A stretch of DNA of 62,055 nucleotides, the filler included, from Globobulimina sp. (lineage: Eukaryota): assembly GCA_003354225.1 (NCBI GenBank). It is 24 parts of 24 records of this genome, joined end to end, with 100 filler letters (N's around TTAATTAATTAA, not from the genome) between each part and the next. Parts side by side here need not be neighbours in the genome. Positions count along the whole stretch, not along the records: positions 1 to 2,491 come from PIVH01006354.1; positions 2,592 to 5,082 come from PIVH01006355.1; positions 5,183 to 7,673 come from PIVH01006356.1; positions 7,774 to 10,264 come from PIVH01006357.1; positions 10,365 to 12,855 come from PIVH01006358.1; 19 more parts are not named here. One strand, written 5' to 3'. Made by a program: the position numbers and the translations under genes. Of the stretch, positions 1 to 12,392 are shown one piece after another (within the stretch, counting starts at the first letter, position 1; each line of letters starts with the position of its first letter). Below the pieces are notes generated by a model. That model searched no databases. It was not told the origin of the DNA and saw only the letters and a program-made list of their open reading frames with translations.

Positions 1-1
1 G

Positions 2-2351
2 TATGTAGCTCCTTGGCGTTGCCAATCATCCACAAATTCTTCCTCGAAAATGATAATATGTACATGCAACAAAACTGTCACTGGACTTTTTTTGCATTAA
101 GACTTGAGGTCTCCAAAACCGACCGGTTTACCACTAATGTCGTCCATAAGCAATAATAATAATAAAACAACATCATCAAATCCAGTATTGTCAATAAATA
201 ATACCAATCCTAAAAAAAGAAAACGACCACCAATGTCATTCATGAGGTTCTTTTGTAAAAAAAAAAACACACATACACAGTACAAATATTTCAATGATAA
301 AACAATACAAAAGCAATCGTAATGTGAAACGTCGCATCGATGAGCAAAATAATGATTCGTTACGACCAAAATCTAAATCAATGAGCAAATCAAGAAAAAA
401 AATGAGCAAAATTAAAAATAAAAATACAAACTCAGACTTTGCTGTGCAAATAATTGAAAAATCTAAATCTCACCGGAAACGAATAAAAATTGTAAATAGA
501 AACCGAATGAAAACGAAAACAAATAAAAATACGCCAAATATAAATAGAAATAGGCGAAACAGTCCAAGTCCACCACCAAAGCCACCGGCACCACCTAAAC
601 CAATTGAGGATGATAATGATAATGATTTAGATTTAGAGCAAGAACCACCTCTTCCATTGATAATAGAGAGGGAGAGAGAGAGAGATAATCCAGGCAATAA
701 TATCAATATTCCCATCATCAAAGAGAGTGATAAACAAACCCTTACCGTAGAATGGGATAACTCGCAATCGCAACCAAATCAAGCCCTTAATGCAATAATA
801 GATAATGGTCAATTTCGGTATGCAATGTACGAAGAGGTTTTGTGTTGGTATGAAGACAATTTGTATGATGCAAAAGTACGGCAACGAAGGATTGCTATAA
901 TCAACAATGACAAACAGTATTTAATACATTATAATCGGTTTAATAATAAGTGGGATGAATGGGTCTGCGAAGACAAAATATTGCCCAAAACACTACAAAA
1001 CATTGCGTTAATATGCGCAGAGAATAAGAAAAGTACTATGAATAATTTGAATATTTATAATAATACAAAACATAAATTTAATAGCATTTATAATTCACAA
1101 AGCACCAAAAATGGCGAGCCCACAAGGAAAAAACTAATAAAATCCAAGGAAGTGAGCAAAAAACAGAAAAATGTCAATATTAATCCATTTGGATCGCCAG
1201 CTGCCTCTGTCTCAATGTCACCCATTTCATCATTGCCAAAGGTGAATGTATCAAATTATGCAGAGTTGCAAAATAAATATAACATTTTGCAGGAGAAATA
1301 TCGTGAAAAAAGCGAGAAATGTGTGCAATATAAGAATATTGCGCGCAAATTATACTCAGAATGTGTGTCTGGTGAGTCGCCTCGATGGCATTTGATCAAA
1401 TCCAGTGACATCGAGCAGCGCGTCTGTCGCGATGCAGAATTAGCACAGTTGCGCTCGCAAATTAGTTCATTATACCCGAAAGGGTCGATTTTTGTGAGTG
1501 CCGTGGATAAATGGAAGGGACGGCAAGAGTTAGAAGCCTCTGTCAAACAATTCGTTACTTTGAATGGCGAGTATAAAATAAATGCGGTTACAATGATAGG
1601 TCCGTACGTATTGGATTTGAGGTTGATTTTAGAGAAGTTTTTAATTACAAATCATGAGCGAATTCCAACTCTAAATGGCCAGTTTGGTGTTCGCGCAAAA
1701 AAAGATATCCCCAAAAATGTCTGTGTCGGTCAATATTTTGGCGGCGAACTGTTACAAAGTGCCTTTGGTAAAGTATTTGAAGGCACCGCCGAGGAATGTG
1801 ACCATAATATTTATGCATTTGACCAAACCATTGATCCGCAGGAATTGGTAAAATTAAAAGAAAAACGGAAACGAATGGAGATTGAGAAGAAAAATAGATT
1901 GAAATTTAAAGTGAATTCGAATAATGGGAGGAAAAGGAAAAAGAAACAAAGTTATATTGAAACAGACAGTGATTCTGATATCGATTCAGAGAGAGACAGC
2001 AAAGTATTTATTATTGATCCATTTATTGGGGACTGGAAAAAGGACGAATTGATATTGCGATTTGTGAATGATTGCCGTGCCCAAATTGCTGATGATAAGC
2101 CATCGAAGGAAGATAATAAATATTATAATGTGGAATATGTCGGCATGAAAGTGAATGGCTGGCCGCAAACCTATTTAGTGGCAAAAAGAGACATTAAAAG
2201 TGGTGAAGAATTGACGACTTATTATGGCAAAGAATTTAATAATGCAATTAGTATGAAATTGGAAGCTGACAGCAAGAAAAATTTAAGAAAACAAAGAATT
2301 GATAAGGATATACTTAAACATTTGAAAAATGATATCATTTCTTCATCCTAA
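2..2351 (+). CDS. Chromo-barrel (Tudor-knot) + SET domain protein, 5'-truncated, introns 60..101 and 247..280
   Basis: EEVLCWYEDNLYDAKV...YLIHYNRFNNKWDEWV is MRG15/Esa1-type Tudor-knot. GQFGVRAKKDIP...RFVND...AKRDIKSGEELTTYYG is SET. Removing the two GT..AG introns joins frame 2, ORF 104..322 and ORF 294..2351 in frame. Confidence 0.85.
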
Positions 2352-2491
2352 TCTTTTTTTTCATGATCATTTCGTTTTTTATTAGCTATGCATCATTGTT
2401 ATATATGAACCCTTCCATAATTTCAAATAACTAGAGAGAGAGAAATGTACATTATGTTTATAACATATGTACTTTGAGAACCTAGCCCTTT

Positions 2492-2591
2492 NNNNNNNNN
2501 NNNNNNNNNNNNNNNNNNNNNNNNNNNNNNNNNNNTTAATTAATTAANNNNNNNNNNNNNNNNNNNNNNNNNNNNNNNNNNNNNNNNNNNN
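2492..2591. other. Artificial contig linker (N44-TTAATTAATTAA-N44), first of 23
   Basis: Identical 100-nt linkers with stops in all six frames start at 2492, 5083, 7674, 10265, 12856, 15446, 18036, 20626, 23216, 25806, 28396, 30986, 33576, 36166, 38756, 41345, 43934, 46523, 49112, 51701, 54290, 56879 and 59468. The intervening contigs shrink from 2491 to 2488 bp. Confidence 0.99.
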
Positions 2592-4537
2592 CCGGATTGC
2601 AGCGCGGTGTTATGCGTAAAATTGCAGCCAGACACTTTAAACCAAGAGTAAAAGGATTGCAGTGCACCGCCATGCGATAAAGAATTGGTATTATCCACAA
2701 ATGACCAATGTGAGATGTATGCGGAAACTACGCTTAATCCAATGGCAGATTGCGAGTTACTTATAAAGTCGCATAAGGTTATGAATAAAGTCAAGCCTTC
2801 AATGTCGTCATAAAAAGAGGCAGTGTCCTCATCATAGCAATTTAAGTCATAGCCACCTTGGTTGTAATCATATCGTTGTGCTGTAATGGCGCCGCCTGCG
2901 ACGACATCATCACTGCGCACGATGTTATTATTAAACTGCGAATTTATAATCTGCACAAACATGGGGCTATAGGTAGCAAAATATTGCACCGACACACTGC
3001 CATAGAACCGGTTCCAATTATCGCTAAACACACACGTATCGATTATTAATTCGTTTATAATTATCGCTAATACGCCAGCACCGTCGTTATCTGCTCTGTT
3101 GTCCATAAACTGCGAATTTGAAACAGTTGCATAATATCCACTGTCAGAGTCCTTTAATAGTCCGTTAATATAAACTGTGCCAAAGGAGCCGTTATTGCCT
3201 CTAAACTGACACCCATCGATCGACACAGATGAACTGGCATAAATGGATAAGGCGGAGCCATATATTGCTACGTTATCAACAAAGGTTGACGCAACAACAG
3301 TAACTTGGGCGCAGGTGCTAGATAATGCGCCGCCGTATGTAAATGTTTCATCGTCGCCAGACTCAACAATGCCGTTATTAATGTATCTATCCTCTATCAT
3401 GGTGATACGATATCTGCTATCTTCGCATAACAATGTTATATCAGAGAAGGCGTCTTCTTGTTTTTCAGTGTAACCAGAATGTCGATAAGCGCCGCCATAT
3501 TGACCTGCGGTGTTGTCAGTGAATACATTCTGTTCTGAATTTAATTCAAAATCACGGAGAATAAAAATCGTGGCTGTTGCGACGTTTTCGATTACGGTCG
3601 AATTGGAACTGTTTGTACCATTAATTACGGTCTGTGTCACTTTGACAAGCGTGAAATTAGCAGCTTCAAAGGCTTTGGTTTGGATTACGTAGAACACGCC
3701 GCCCGCGTCACTCGCAGAACAATTTGAAAAAGTGCTGTTGGTTATATTCATAAATGAGTGTATCCGCCATGTTGTCTCCGTATTATTTTCAAAATCATAA
3801 TTATTATAAATTGGGCCACCTACTTCTTCGTGGGCGACATTGTCAATATCATCTTGTAAGGTATCAGGTGTTGAGGACCTGTCCCATGATATACATCCAC
3901 CATTTTTACGCCAGGCTGTGACGCTGTTATTGCTAAATTGGCAATTTTCAATATTTACGTGAAATTCGTGTCCAACTAATGATAATACACCGCCATTGCT
4001 GTCATGATTAGTGTTATCTGCAAATGTGGAGTTTATGAGATTAATTGTTATGAATGAATTGGAAATATCTAAGACATCAACTTCTATGTTTTGATTATTG
4101 CTTTTTACTGTAAATGATTTTATATTTTCAACAATATAAATAGCTCCTATTAAAGTGTTAAAATTGATGAGTTTGGAATTGAGAATGTTAATTTGCGCCG
4201 GTTGGTTTGTATTAATTTGTAAGAAATTGGATTCTTCATTTTGGAAGCCATCAATAATGACGTTATTAAAAGTTATTGTGGATGCAAAATTAGTTAAAAC
4301 TAATGCTGTATTTACTACAATTCGTGCTGGTGTGGCAGCACTTGAGTTGGTTGTGATTGTGATTGAGCTGTTGGTGATATTCGTAGTATTCTGGTTTATA
4401 ATTTGCGAGATATTGTGATCAAATGATGCATCGAGTTCTATCAGGCAATCATCAGAACAATTATCATTTATTGCTTCCCCAATGTCCAAAGAAATGCATG
4501 AAGACAGCAACAAACAAAGACAAACTAAGGACAACAT
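2592..4537 (-). CDS. Secreted/surface beta-helix protein with Pmp-like GGA(I/L) and FxxN repeats, 3'-truncated
   Basis: N-terminal signal peptide; repeated FxxN..GG(A/V)(I/L) motifs (FADN..NGGVL, FTDNTAGQYGGAY, YGGAL, AGGAI, HGGAL). Confidence 0.8.
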
Positions 4538-5182
4538 GGTTGAAGTTTAAAAACGGACCGTCACGGACGGAAGATGTTGATTTCTAATGCGGTTTTTAAA
4601 AGATTAGGCAGAAATACAATAATTATTGCATCCTAAGTCCTAACGATTCTATAGTTTTGTGCAAACTTTTTCTGTAAAGATTGTGTGCGATCAGAAACGA
4701 GGTACAGTTATTAATAATTCAGATGTAATAAAAGTGGCGATATTTTAAAATGTATACATGCATATGATATTAAATCCTAATAAGATAAGAAAAGAAATTA
4801 AACCGACAAACACAACAAAAAACACATAATAATTAACAAAGAATAATAAATGTGCGGTGTTTTGGTTTGGTTTTGGTTTTGGTTTTTAAACAACATCAAA
4901 AATACCAAGATATCAAACATACATAAAATTCAACAAAAGTGAAAAAACATACATTCGATTCAAACAAATAGCATTTTGCGCTGTATTTGAAAATATAATT
5001 AAAAAAAAAACATTTTAATGCGGAGAGGGCGAAGAAGACTGCCGATAGATTTTGGGAGTGCAACTCGGAATTTGCTGCACTTNNNNNNNNNNNNNNNNNN
5101 NNNNNNNNNNNNNNNNNNNNNNNNNNTTAATTAATTAANNNNNNNNNNNNNNNNNNNNNNNNNNNNNNNNNNNNNNNNNNNN

Positions 5183-5452
5183 CATAATATTATTAAGACA
5201 GTGGCTAATAAATATTATTTATGGGATGATATTTATTATAATCAATGATTATATGTATCAACATCAATTTGGTCCTATTTTTCTGAGGCAAAGGCACCAA
5301 AACATATTAAGAAACCCTTACTATTTAATTCAAATTATTTTGATAAAGATAAAGAAATAATTGATATTTATGCGGGATGTTATGAAACACGAATAATAAT
5401 TGGAAATAAAACAGCAAATAAAGAAGATGAGAAAGAAAGCGGATTTATATAA
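5183..5452 (+). pseudogene. Degenerate C-terminal fragment of an RCC1-like repeat protein
   Basis: Frame reads NKYYLWDDIYYNQ*L...IIDIYAGCYETRII, resembling RCC1 motifs (YxWGxNxxxQ; IxxIxxG). In-frame TGA at 5246..5248. Confidence 0.45.
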
Positions 5453-5636
5453 CAAATTAATGACAGTGACAAACTGTATATGATTCAGTTGAATGTAAAA
5501 TTTTTATAGTTTTATTCTCTATTTTGTAGACTTGTTTCTCTATCACCATTTCCCAACAAAATGGCATCAATATTGCAATGAACGCAAATTGTTTTACATA
5601 TCAGAATTTGGCTAACATTATTTATGAAAATTAAAA

Positions 5637-7620
5637 TTAAGTCAAAAACACATCATTATTTTTTCCTGTAAGTTTAAATAACAATTGTTGCTGGATATCA
5701 TTTTCTTTCTTCCCTTTTGTTTCAATTAAACAAAAATAATTAAACACACATCCAGCTAAACATATTGCAGCAAATGGCAAATAATATAGATATTCAACAA
5801 TTATATTTGCATATTGCGCAACAAATAAGTTTGCACAATAATTAATAAAAAAAGCAACAGAAACAATAATACCACGATGCTTTGAAGGCGCTAATTCCAC
5901 AGTTAATAAACCAACAATTGGCCCTAAACCCACAGCAAATGATATCACATACATAATTAATATGACAATGCATAGGAACCCACTCAATGAATCACTGATA
6001 CTTTTACTTTTTGTAAACATCAAAACGAGTGATAGCATAACTGAGGCAAACACCATCCCCAAACAAGATAAATAAATCAGCAATTTCCTGCCTAATTTTT
6101 CAATTAATTTTACCGGGATTAACACACCAAAAAAATTACTCGACGCAATTAATATATTACCAATCCATAATTTAAAGGGAGATTTTAATCCAACATTTTG
6201 CAAAATAATGGATGAATAATACCAAACACTGTTAATTCCACTGAACTGCTGCAATATTTGTAAACAAATTGTTATGAAAAATATGTAAAGTAACACGATT
6301 TTATCGCTATTACCGTTATCTGCCATGCTGGTTTTTTTAATAACGGTTCCATACTCACCACCACTTACTACATCATCTAACAATGTTGACTTACTATTTA
6401 TTATTTTATTATTATTATTATTATTTTTAGGAGACATTATTTTGGATTGTTGCCGTGTTTGTGACTGGGTTTCACAATGACTAAAATACCTATTTGTTTT
6501 GATTGATCTCATGTCAATTTCCACGTTTTCCGTTTCTCGCAACCATACGAATATTTCCCTGGCTTTGTCATTAATATTATGCACTAATAACCATTGCGGA
6601 GATTCACATAAACTGTTCATAAAAACGAGTTGTATTATAAATGGAATTATATTTATAACAAATATGTATTTCCACTTTGTTTCCGTACCAAACAAGTAAT
6701 TAAATCCGACAATCTCTGCAAATAAAAGACCAAAAGCATTCACGAACGCATTGAGTGTGCCAATTTCGCCACGAATTATCGGTGGAGATATCTCACCTAA
6801 ACAAAGAACACCACGTCACAGAGATATATAATATAAAAATGTAAGATAACACACCTAAATAAGTAGGAACAACAGCAGTTGAAATACCTGACGCCAAACC
6901 CGATATAACTCGCGATATTATAAAATATTTAAAGGTGATCACTGGCTCACTTATACTGCCAAATATTCCATAGCAATATAATAAGGACACAATGCCAGAG
7001 CACAAAAATAAACAATTTGCAAACAATAACGTGATTTTCCGACCATATTTATCGGCAATGTACCCTGCCAACAAGCAACCAAATAAGCCACCGACACAAT
7101 ACATTGATTGTAATAAACTGAATGAAGTTATGGATAAATTGCATTGTTGCGATATTAGAGTGGATGGGATATTTAAGAGCGATGTGTTATACCCACTGAG
7201 AAAAGAACCAATCAGTGCATGACATACAGCATAGATGAGGGAATATGTATATTTTTGATCTAAAATTGTCTCAAAATTTTGGATTGATGCTCGCAATGGA
7301 ACGAAAGATTTAAATTCTTCTATTTCTAATCGTAATAAGGCCTCATCGATCAATTCGCCGCCACTGTCATCTTCATCTAAGTCGTTTAAGTCATTGATTG
7401 TTAGTTGGATTAAAGGACGCAAATTAGGGCCAATACCAATGTATGCATGATGTGGTTGTGATAAAATGAGTTGTAATACCCTTCGTGGGTCGTAATAATC
7501 CGATGCATTGAGAAGCGTTGATTTCCGTCGTAGAAATTCGTGTTGGTTTGATGATGACGGATGAAGCGAGTTTGTTGGTAATGACGGTTCTGATTTAATT
7601 CGTGGTATAGATGATGACAT
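5637..7620 (-). CDS. MFS sugar porter (GLUT-like), intron 6797..6854
   Basis: GSFLSGYNT, DKYGRK, spliced YLGEISP..RG, ESPQWL, QQFSGINSVWYYS, EKLGRK, GLGPI, ETKGK. A 58-nt GT-AG intron joins the two ORFs. Confidence 0.93.
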
Positions 7621-7773
7621 TCCTTGCAAAAGTTAAAGAATTCGGTGAATAAATCCTTTCACTTTTGAGGACTNNNNNNNNNNNNNNNNNNNNNNNNNNN
7701 NNNNNNNNNNNNNNNNNTTAATTAATTAANNNNNNNNNNNNNNNNNNNNNNNNNNNNNNNNNNNNNNNNNNNN

Positions 7774-8131
7774 CTGCAGATGGATCAAATAAATCTGATA
7801 TAATGTCTTCCCAATCAATCTCTGACCAATAATCGACTGATAAACTCTGATCAGTTTTGTCACGAATGAAAATTTCTAAACTATCTGGGGTGTAATTGAA
7901 TGTATATTGATTATATTTTTTATTTTTCTCAATGCGTTGTCGTGCGGCCGCTACCAATCCACAAAATTTTGCACTGTTATCAATTGGCACTAATATTGTA
8001 CCGATAGTTGACATTTTATCTTTTGTTGTAAGCACAATATGAACTTTACATTTAATACGCTTTCCTTTGTGCATCAATTTATTTTTCGAGTCATTGCTAT
8101 TTCCTTGAACTTGAAGCAACTGATGTGACAT
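7774..8131 (-). CDS. N-terminal fragment, possible ubiquitin-like (PB1 or Par3/HAL-N type) domain
   Basis: ORF runs off the contig. ILVP...ARQR...IDWEDIISDLF is a weak resemblance only. Confidence 0.4.
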
Positions 8132-8204
8132 TACAAAAACAAAGAATTGCAAGTACGAGGAAAATTTTGCATTATTAATTGTACGTAAATCCTTCTGTAA
8201 AACA

Positions 8205-9368
8205 ATGGCAGATTCATTTTTTGCAAGTTTCTTGAGAAATGGTGGAGATAATACAAAATTTAATCATAAACAACGCTTAATCCAACAAAGGGAAGATGCC
8301 ATTAATTATGCAAAGAAATTAGAGAATGAATTTAGTATTCGGTATAAAGCATTTAAACAACAATTAACTGAGTTGGCCTCTCGAATTAAAGAATTAGAAC
8401 AACAAAATAAAGCAAAAGACCAATTATTAAAAGGCAGTTCAAAAGTCATTATGAATAAAACAACGCATATTATTAAGTTAAAAGATGACATTAAAGAATT
8501 AAAAGATAAATTATTTAATTATAAAAGCAAACCATTGAAATTACCGACGTCGCCACAATCATTAAAAAGAACAAATTCATGTCCGCCCAGTCACAGTGTC
8601 AGTGACACGCAGACAAATAAAATAAAAATAAAAACAAATTTAAAGCTTAAGAAAAAATTACCAAACAAACCATTGCCACAAATACCACCAACTGTAAATA
8701 CACTGCCCTTTATTCATCGTAAAACATCCACGCAAACTTCTTCCTTATCAGAAGCCGCTGTAAATTTATCATTTCCTGGCTCAAACTCACCACAATTTCA
8801 ACATATCCAAATGTCAATGGCACCCATAACAAGCATTAAACCACTCCAATTATCACCAATTTGTGAGACCAAATCACGCGATGATGATGCATGTAATAAA
8901 AAAAAAAGATTGGATCTTATCAAAATAAGTGATGATAATGTTAATATTGTTAATGAATGCGGCCAATCTAGTGCTGGATCCGGCTCTGATAATAATAATA
9001 ATGACAATGACAATGAAAACGACGACATATCTGTCTCGGAGACAACATCCGAAGTATTATCAGTTCGAAAACATTCGGATATTTCTTTAATGAGTGACAA
9101 CACCGTGATGTTAGATGATGTAAATCATACTCCCAACACAAATACAAATATAAATACAAATAATAATAATAATAATATTAAAAATTGTGTCAATAATATC
9201 GAGATAATGGCAATCGGACATTTTAGTCAAAAATCAAGTGGCAATTTCGAAGGTTGCGATATTATTCAATCGCCAGTTAATATATTTTCAATCAATCATT
9301 CATTTCGAATCATTTTAAACGACGAAATTCATGAAAATATATTAAATTACCAAACAAATGGTGAGTGA
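8205..9368 (+). CDS. Hypothetical protein, N-terminal coiled coil plus Ser/Asn-rich low complexity
   Basis: 387-aa ORF with a heptad pattern at about residues 25-105. Confidence 0.65.
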   Translation: MADSFFASFLRNGGDNTKFNHKQRLIQQREDAINYAKKLENEFSIRYKAFKQQLTELASRIKELEQQNKAKDQLLKGSSKVIMNKTTHIIKLKDDIKELKDKLFNYKSKPLKLPTSPQSLKRTNSCPPSHSVSDTQTNKIKIKTNLKLKKKLPNKPLPQIPPTVNTLPFIHRKTSTQTSSLSEAAVNLSFPGSNSPQFQHIQMSMAPITSIKPLQLSPICETKSRDDDACNKKKRLDLIKISDDNVNIVNECGQSSAGSGSDNNNNDNDNENDDISVSETTSEVLSVRKHSDISLMSDNTVMLDDVNHTPNTNTNINTNNNNNNIKNCVNNIEIMAIGHFSQKSSGNFEGCDIIQSPVNIFSINHSFRIILNDEIHENILNYQTNGE

Positions 9369-9850
9369 CAAAGCATTATTAATAACATCACGACGATTTT
9401 GTATTTTTTTTTCGTATTTTTTTTTATTTTTTTATTGTTTACATAATGTTAACTTGTATGTTTTTTTTAACTAGTATGTTTTTTGTGTTTTTTCTGTTTT
9501 AACGTGTAATGTGCAATTATTTTTATATGCAATTATGAATTATATATCATTTTACTATACTTAATAATTTGATTTCTTATTAAACGATATATTCTGGTCG
9601 ATAAGTTGTATACATTTAAATCCAGAAACGGTTTGTCTTGAGTTTGTTCTGTGTTATAACTTTGGCCAAAGCCTGACCATCTAGACTTAGAGTATCCGAC
9701 GCCTTAGCCAGCCAAGCAGTGCGTTGGTCAATAGGGCTTGCGAGTTGCTACTCGGCCACGAATGTCACGAACTCCAGTATCAGCCAGTTCAGCGAGTTGT
9801 GTGGCGTAATCCAATATAAGAGAATCGAACTCTGGTACTTGGTGTATATT

Positions 9851-9895
9851 CACCAACTGCGGGGATCGAACCCACGACCATTGGCTTAAGAGGCC
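9851..9895 (-). tRNA. 3' half of tRNA-Lys(CTT)-like sequence (5' half missing; pseudo-tRNA)
   Basis: Minus strand ggc-CTCTTAA-gcc anticodon loop, then TGGTC GTGGGTTCGATCCCCGC T-arm/B-box. No D-arm upstream. Confidence 0.6.
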
Positions 9896-9988
9896 TATAT
9901 CGTTCAAAGATTAGCAAGGTTTTGAAAACTTTTTGTTGGAGAGATGAAACAATTACAAACTTTTGTGTTGAAAATGAAACAATTGCAA

Positions 9989-10264
9989 TTATTGCTTGTG
10001 AACAGTGAGATGTATGTGGTTGTCCATCAGTCTGGTCTTATCTTTTAGTGCGCTGGCAATTTGCTTATGAACATGTTGTGTGGCTTTTTTAACGTCATAA
10101 CGTAAGTTTAACATATTTTTGAAATACGCAATATCAGATTGTGTCGATAATTCGGGCAAACCAGCATTGACCATCAGAGAAAATAAGACTAACAACAACC
10201 TCGATCTCGCTCGCAATACATTATAAGCCTCGGCGCACCAATTTAAAAATTCATCATATAAATG
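9989..10264 (-). CDS. Phosphoinositide 3-kinase catalytic domain, C-terminal fragment
   Basis: FLNWCAEAYNVLR...LFSLMVNAGLPEL...DIAY...MDNHIH matches the PI3K C-lobe end. The frame is open to the contig edge. Confidence 0.85.
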   Translation of the reverse strand, partial: HLYDEFLNWCAEAYNVLRARSRLLLVLFSLMVNAGLPELSTQSDIAYFKNMLNLRYDVKKATQHVHKQIASALKDKTRLMDNHIHLTVHKQ

Positions 10265-10637
10265 NNNNNNNNNNNNNNNNNNNNNNNNNNNNNNNNNNNN
10301 NNNNNNNNTTAATTAATTAANNNNNNNNNNNNNNNNNNNNNNNNNNNNNNNNNNNNNNNNNNNNTCGTATCAGTTGCATTGGTGTCGTGTTGGTTGAATA
10401 AGAGGAATTCGAATAAGATTATTTGATTTGATTTGATTTGATTTGAAAGTATATATTTTTTTTTCGTAATACTAATTTTTTTTCGTAACACTAATTTTTT
10501 TTTTAACTGCTATTATGTTTGATTTATAGTATTGTAGTATTTATATCTGTTTTTCAATAATTTTATATTTTAGTTTTTCTCAGACATTTTCAGTATGTTT
10601 CCAGCATGTCGCACTGTTTCGAACTCTGTCAAACAAA

Positions 10638-11288
10638 TCAAATCGCATTGCAACCTCTCATTTGCACACTGACTCTCCAGTTACATAACTCTGGACATTC
10701 TTGTTTTAATCCGTAGGGAATGGTGTTGTCGCAAACTCTTTCAATTCCATGATATATATTTGCTGTTTCGCAAGAATCGAATATTAAGCAATCACCAGAA
10801 TTAAATTGGAATTCTTGTTTTCCAGATGTTTCTGGTCCATTTACATAAAATATGCATGATTGACCCAATGATATTATTAGAACCCAACCACATTTCTTGT
10901 CAATATGACCAACCAATTTACCATCATTGACTGCATACTTATAACAAGTCAGATATTCTGCTTTAAATGTGGATGGAATGGATATTGATGCATTCGATGC
11001 AATGTTGCATCCATTATGTATTATGTGGTGAAATTGTTGAGGTATTTTATGTTTGTTGCTTTTCAATCCATTGTTCAATATCTTGCGGAAATTAGATTTG
11101 TTATTTTGTTTTTGTTTCTCGTTGAAATGTGATGCTAACGCACTCACATCATTCCATAATCCGATTTGATCCTCAATTGACAGGAGATTTGTCATTCGGA
11201 TACAATTATGTTGGTATTTATGTATAGCCATTGAGTGAGATGCATATTTTGAACAATGATTAATAAATCTTCGCTTTGAGACTGTCAT
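10638..11288 (-). CDS. AlkB-like 2OG-Fe(II) dioxygenase
   Basis: Y...GHID (HxD), IISLG, SGDCLIF, YHGI, RVSVQMR. Confidence 0.85.
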   Translation of the reverse strand: MTVSKRRFINHCSKYASHSMAIHKYQHNCIRMTNLLSIEDQIGLWNDVSALASHFNEKQKQNNKSNFRKILNNGLKSNKHKIPQQFHHIIHNGCNIASNASISIPSTFKAEYLTCYKYAVNDGKLVGHIDKKCGWVLIISLGQSCIFYVNGPETSGKQEFQFNSGDCLIFDSCETANIYHGIERVCDNTIPYGLKQECPELCNWRVSVQMRGCNAI

Positions 11289-11519
11289 TGTTAACAAATG
11301 TTTTCTAACAAAGTAAACAAAAGAAAATTAGTAGTAGCAAGAAGAGATAATATTTGGCTGTTCGATTCACAGATATGTTTGTGCATAATATTCAGAAACA
11401 GAAACATATAACACGTGTTTTTATAGTTTTTTTTTTCATTATTTATTTCCCATAAATTCCATTAAAATTATGTAATTTTTGCACATATATATTGTTGGCA
11501 TTTGTTGCTGTTGGAACCG

Positions 11520-12392
11520 TCATTGGCTATTTGTAATAAAGTTTATAAAGCTGTGCATATCACGTCTCTGATAAATAAAACAATCTGCTGTCATATGACA
11601 AACACCACACACTTTAAAATACAATTTCGCATAAATCATACTTAAAAATAATGGACACAAACAATTTATAGTATTTCCAATCATAATCAGTGATAATGGA
11701 AAGATATAATCATTATATGTTTGAAAAAGATATTCTTTTACAAGCACATAATATAAAATCAATGAAATAAATGTGATGATGGTAGTGGTCATTTGGACAA
11801 TGCCTAATTTATTAATCATAAATTTCATTGTATTCACTCGTTTGAATGTACCTTTGTTAGTGGTCACTTCATCAACGCCGTAATTAAAATTCTGGGCAGA
11901 GCTATCATACATAAATTTTAATGGTTTACTATATAACACAAAACATAATGTCATGATTACCAAATCTATGCATAAAAACATAGAAATTGAGATTAAAATT
12001 GAACGATTTGAATCATTATATAATGTATTTAAGAGTGTTAAGCCAATTATCTCCAAACAACAAAATAAAACCAATGGGCATATAATGATTTTGTTATTGT
12101 ATCCAAATGCCGAATCTGCAAATGCTTGATGTATTTGCAGAATTAACTGACAATAAAACAAAATTCTCCCAAAGTAATACACTGATAAAATCACATAAAA
12201 ATACGCGGTAATATACAGCATCAACGCAATGTGGCAAATGTTTGATAACATATTAAATGCGGTCATAGTTATTTGTATTTTCTGCTCAGTAGTCTTTGAT
12301 TTGTATCTAAAATAATGATCAATCAAAAGCACTAATATCGATACGATACAAACCCAACCAACCACTTGAAATACTATGAATTTAAATTCCAT
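11520..12392 (-). CDS. Seven-transmembrane (GPCR-like) protein
   Basis: About 7 hydrophobic segments in 290 aa, with a Cys-containing tail (YFKVCGVCH). Confidence 0.7.
   Translation of the reverse strand: MEFKFIVFQVVGWVCIVSILVLLIDHYFRYKSKTTEQKIQITMTAFNMLSNICHIALMLYITAYFYVILSVYYFGRILFYCQLILQIHQAFADSAFGYNNKIIICPLVLFCCLEIIGLTLLNTLYNDSNRSILISISMFLCIDLVIMTLCFVLYSKPLKFMYDSSAQNFNYGVDEVTTNKGTFKRVNTMKFMINKLGIVQMTTTIITFISLILYYVLVKEYLFQTYNDYIFPLSLIMIGNTINCLCPLFLSMIYAKLYFKVCGVCHMTADCFIYQRRDMHSFINFITNSQ

Noticed and set aside
2592-4537. Chlamydial Pmp gene as bacterial contamination or a novel transfer
   Set aside because: GGA/FxxN beta-helix proteins are already known in protists, and the flanks look like the AT-rich host DNA.
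4859-4886. TTTTGG repeats resembling a telomere
   Set aside because: Only about 4 imperfect internal units in AT-rich intergenic DNA.
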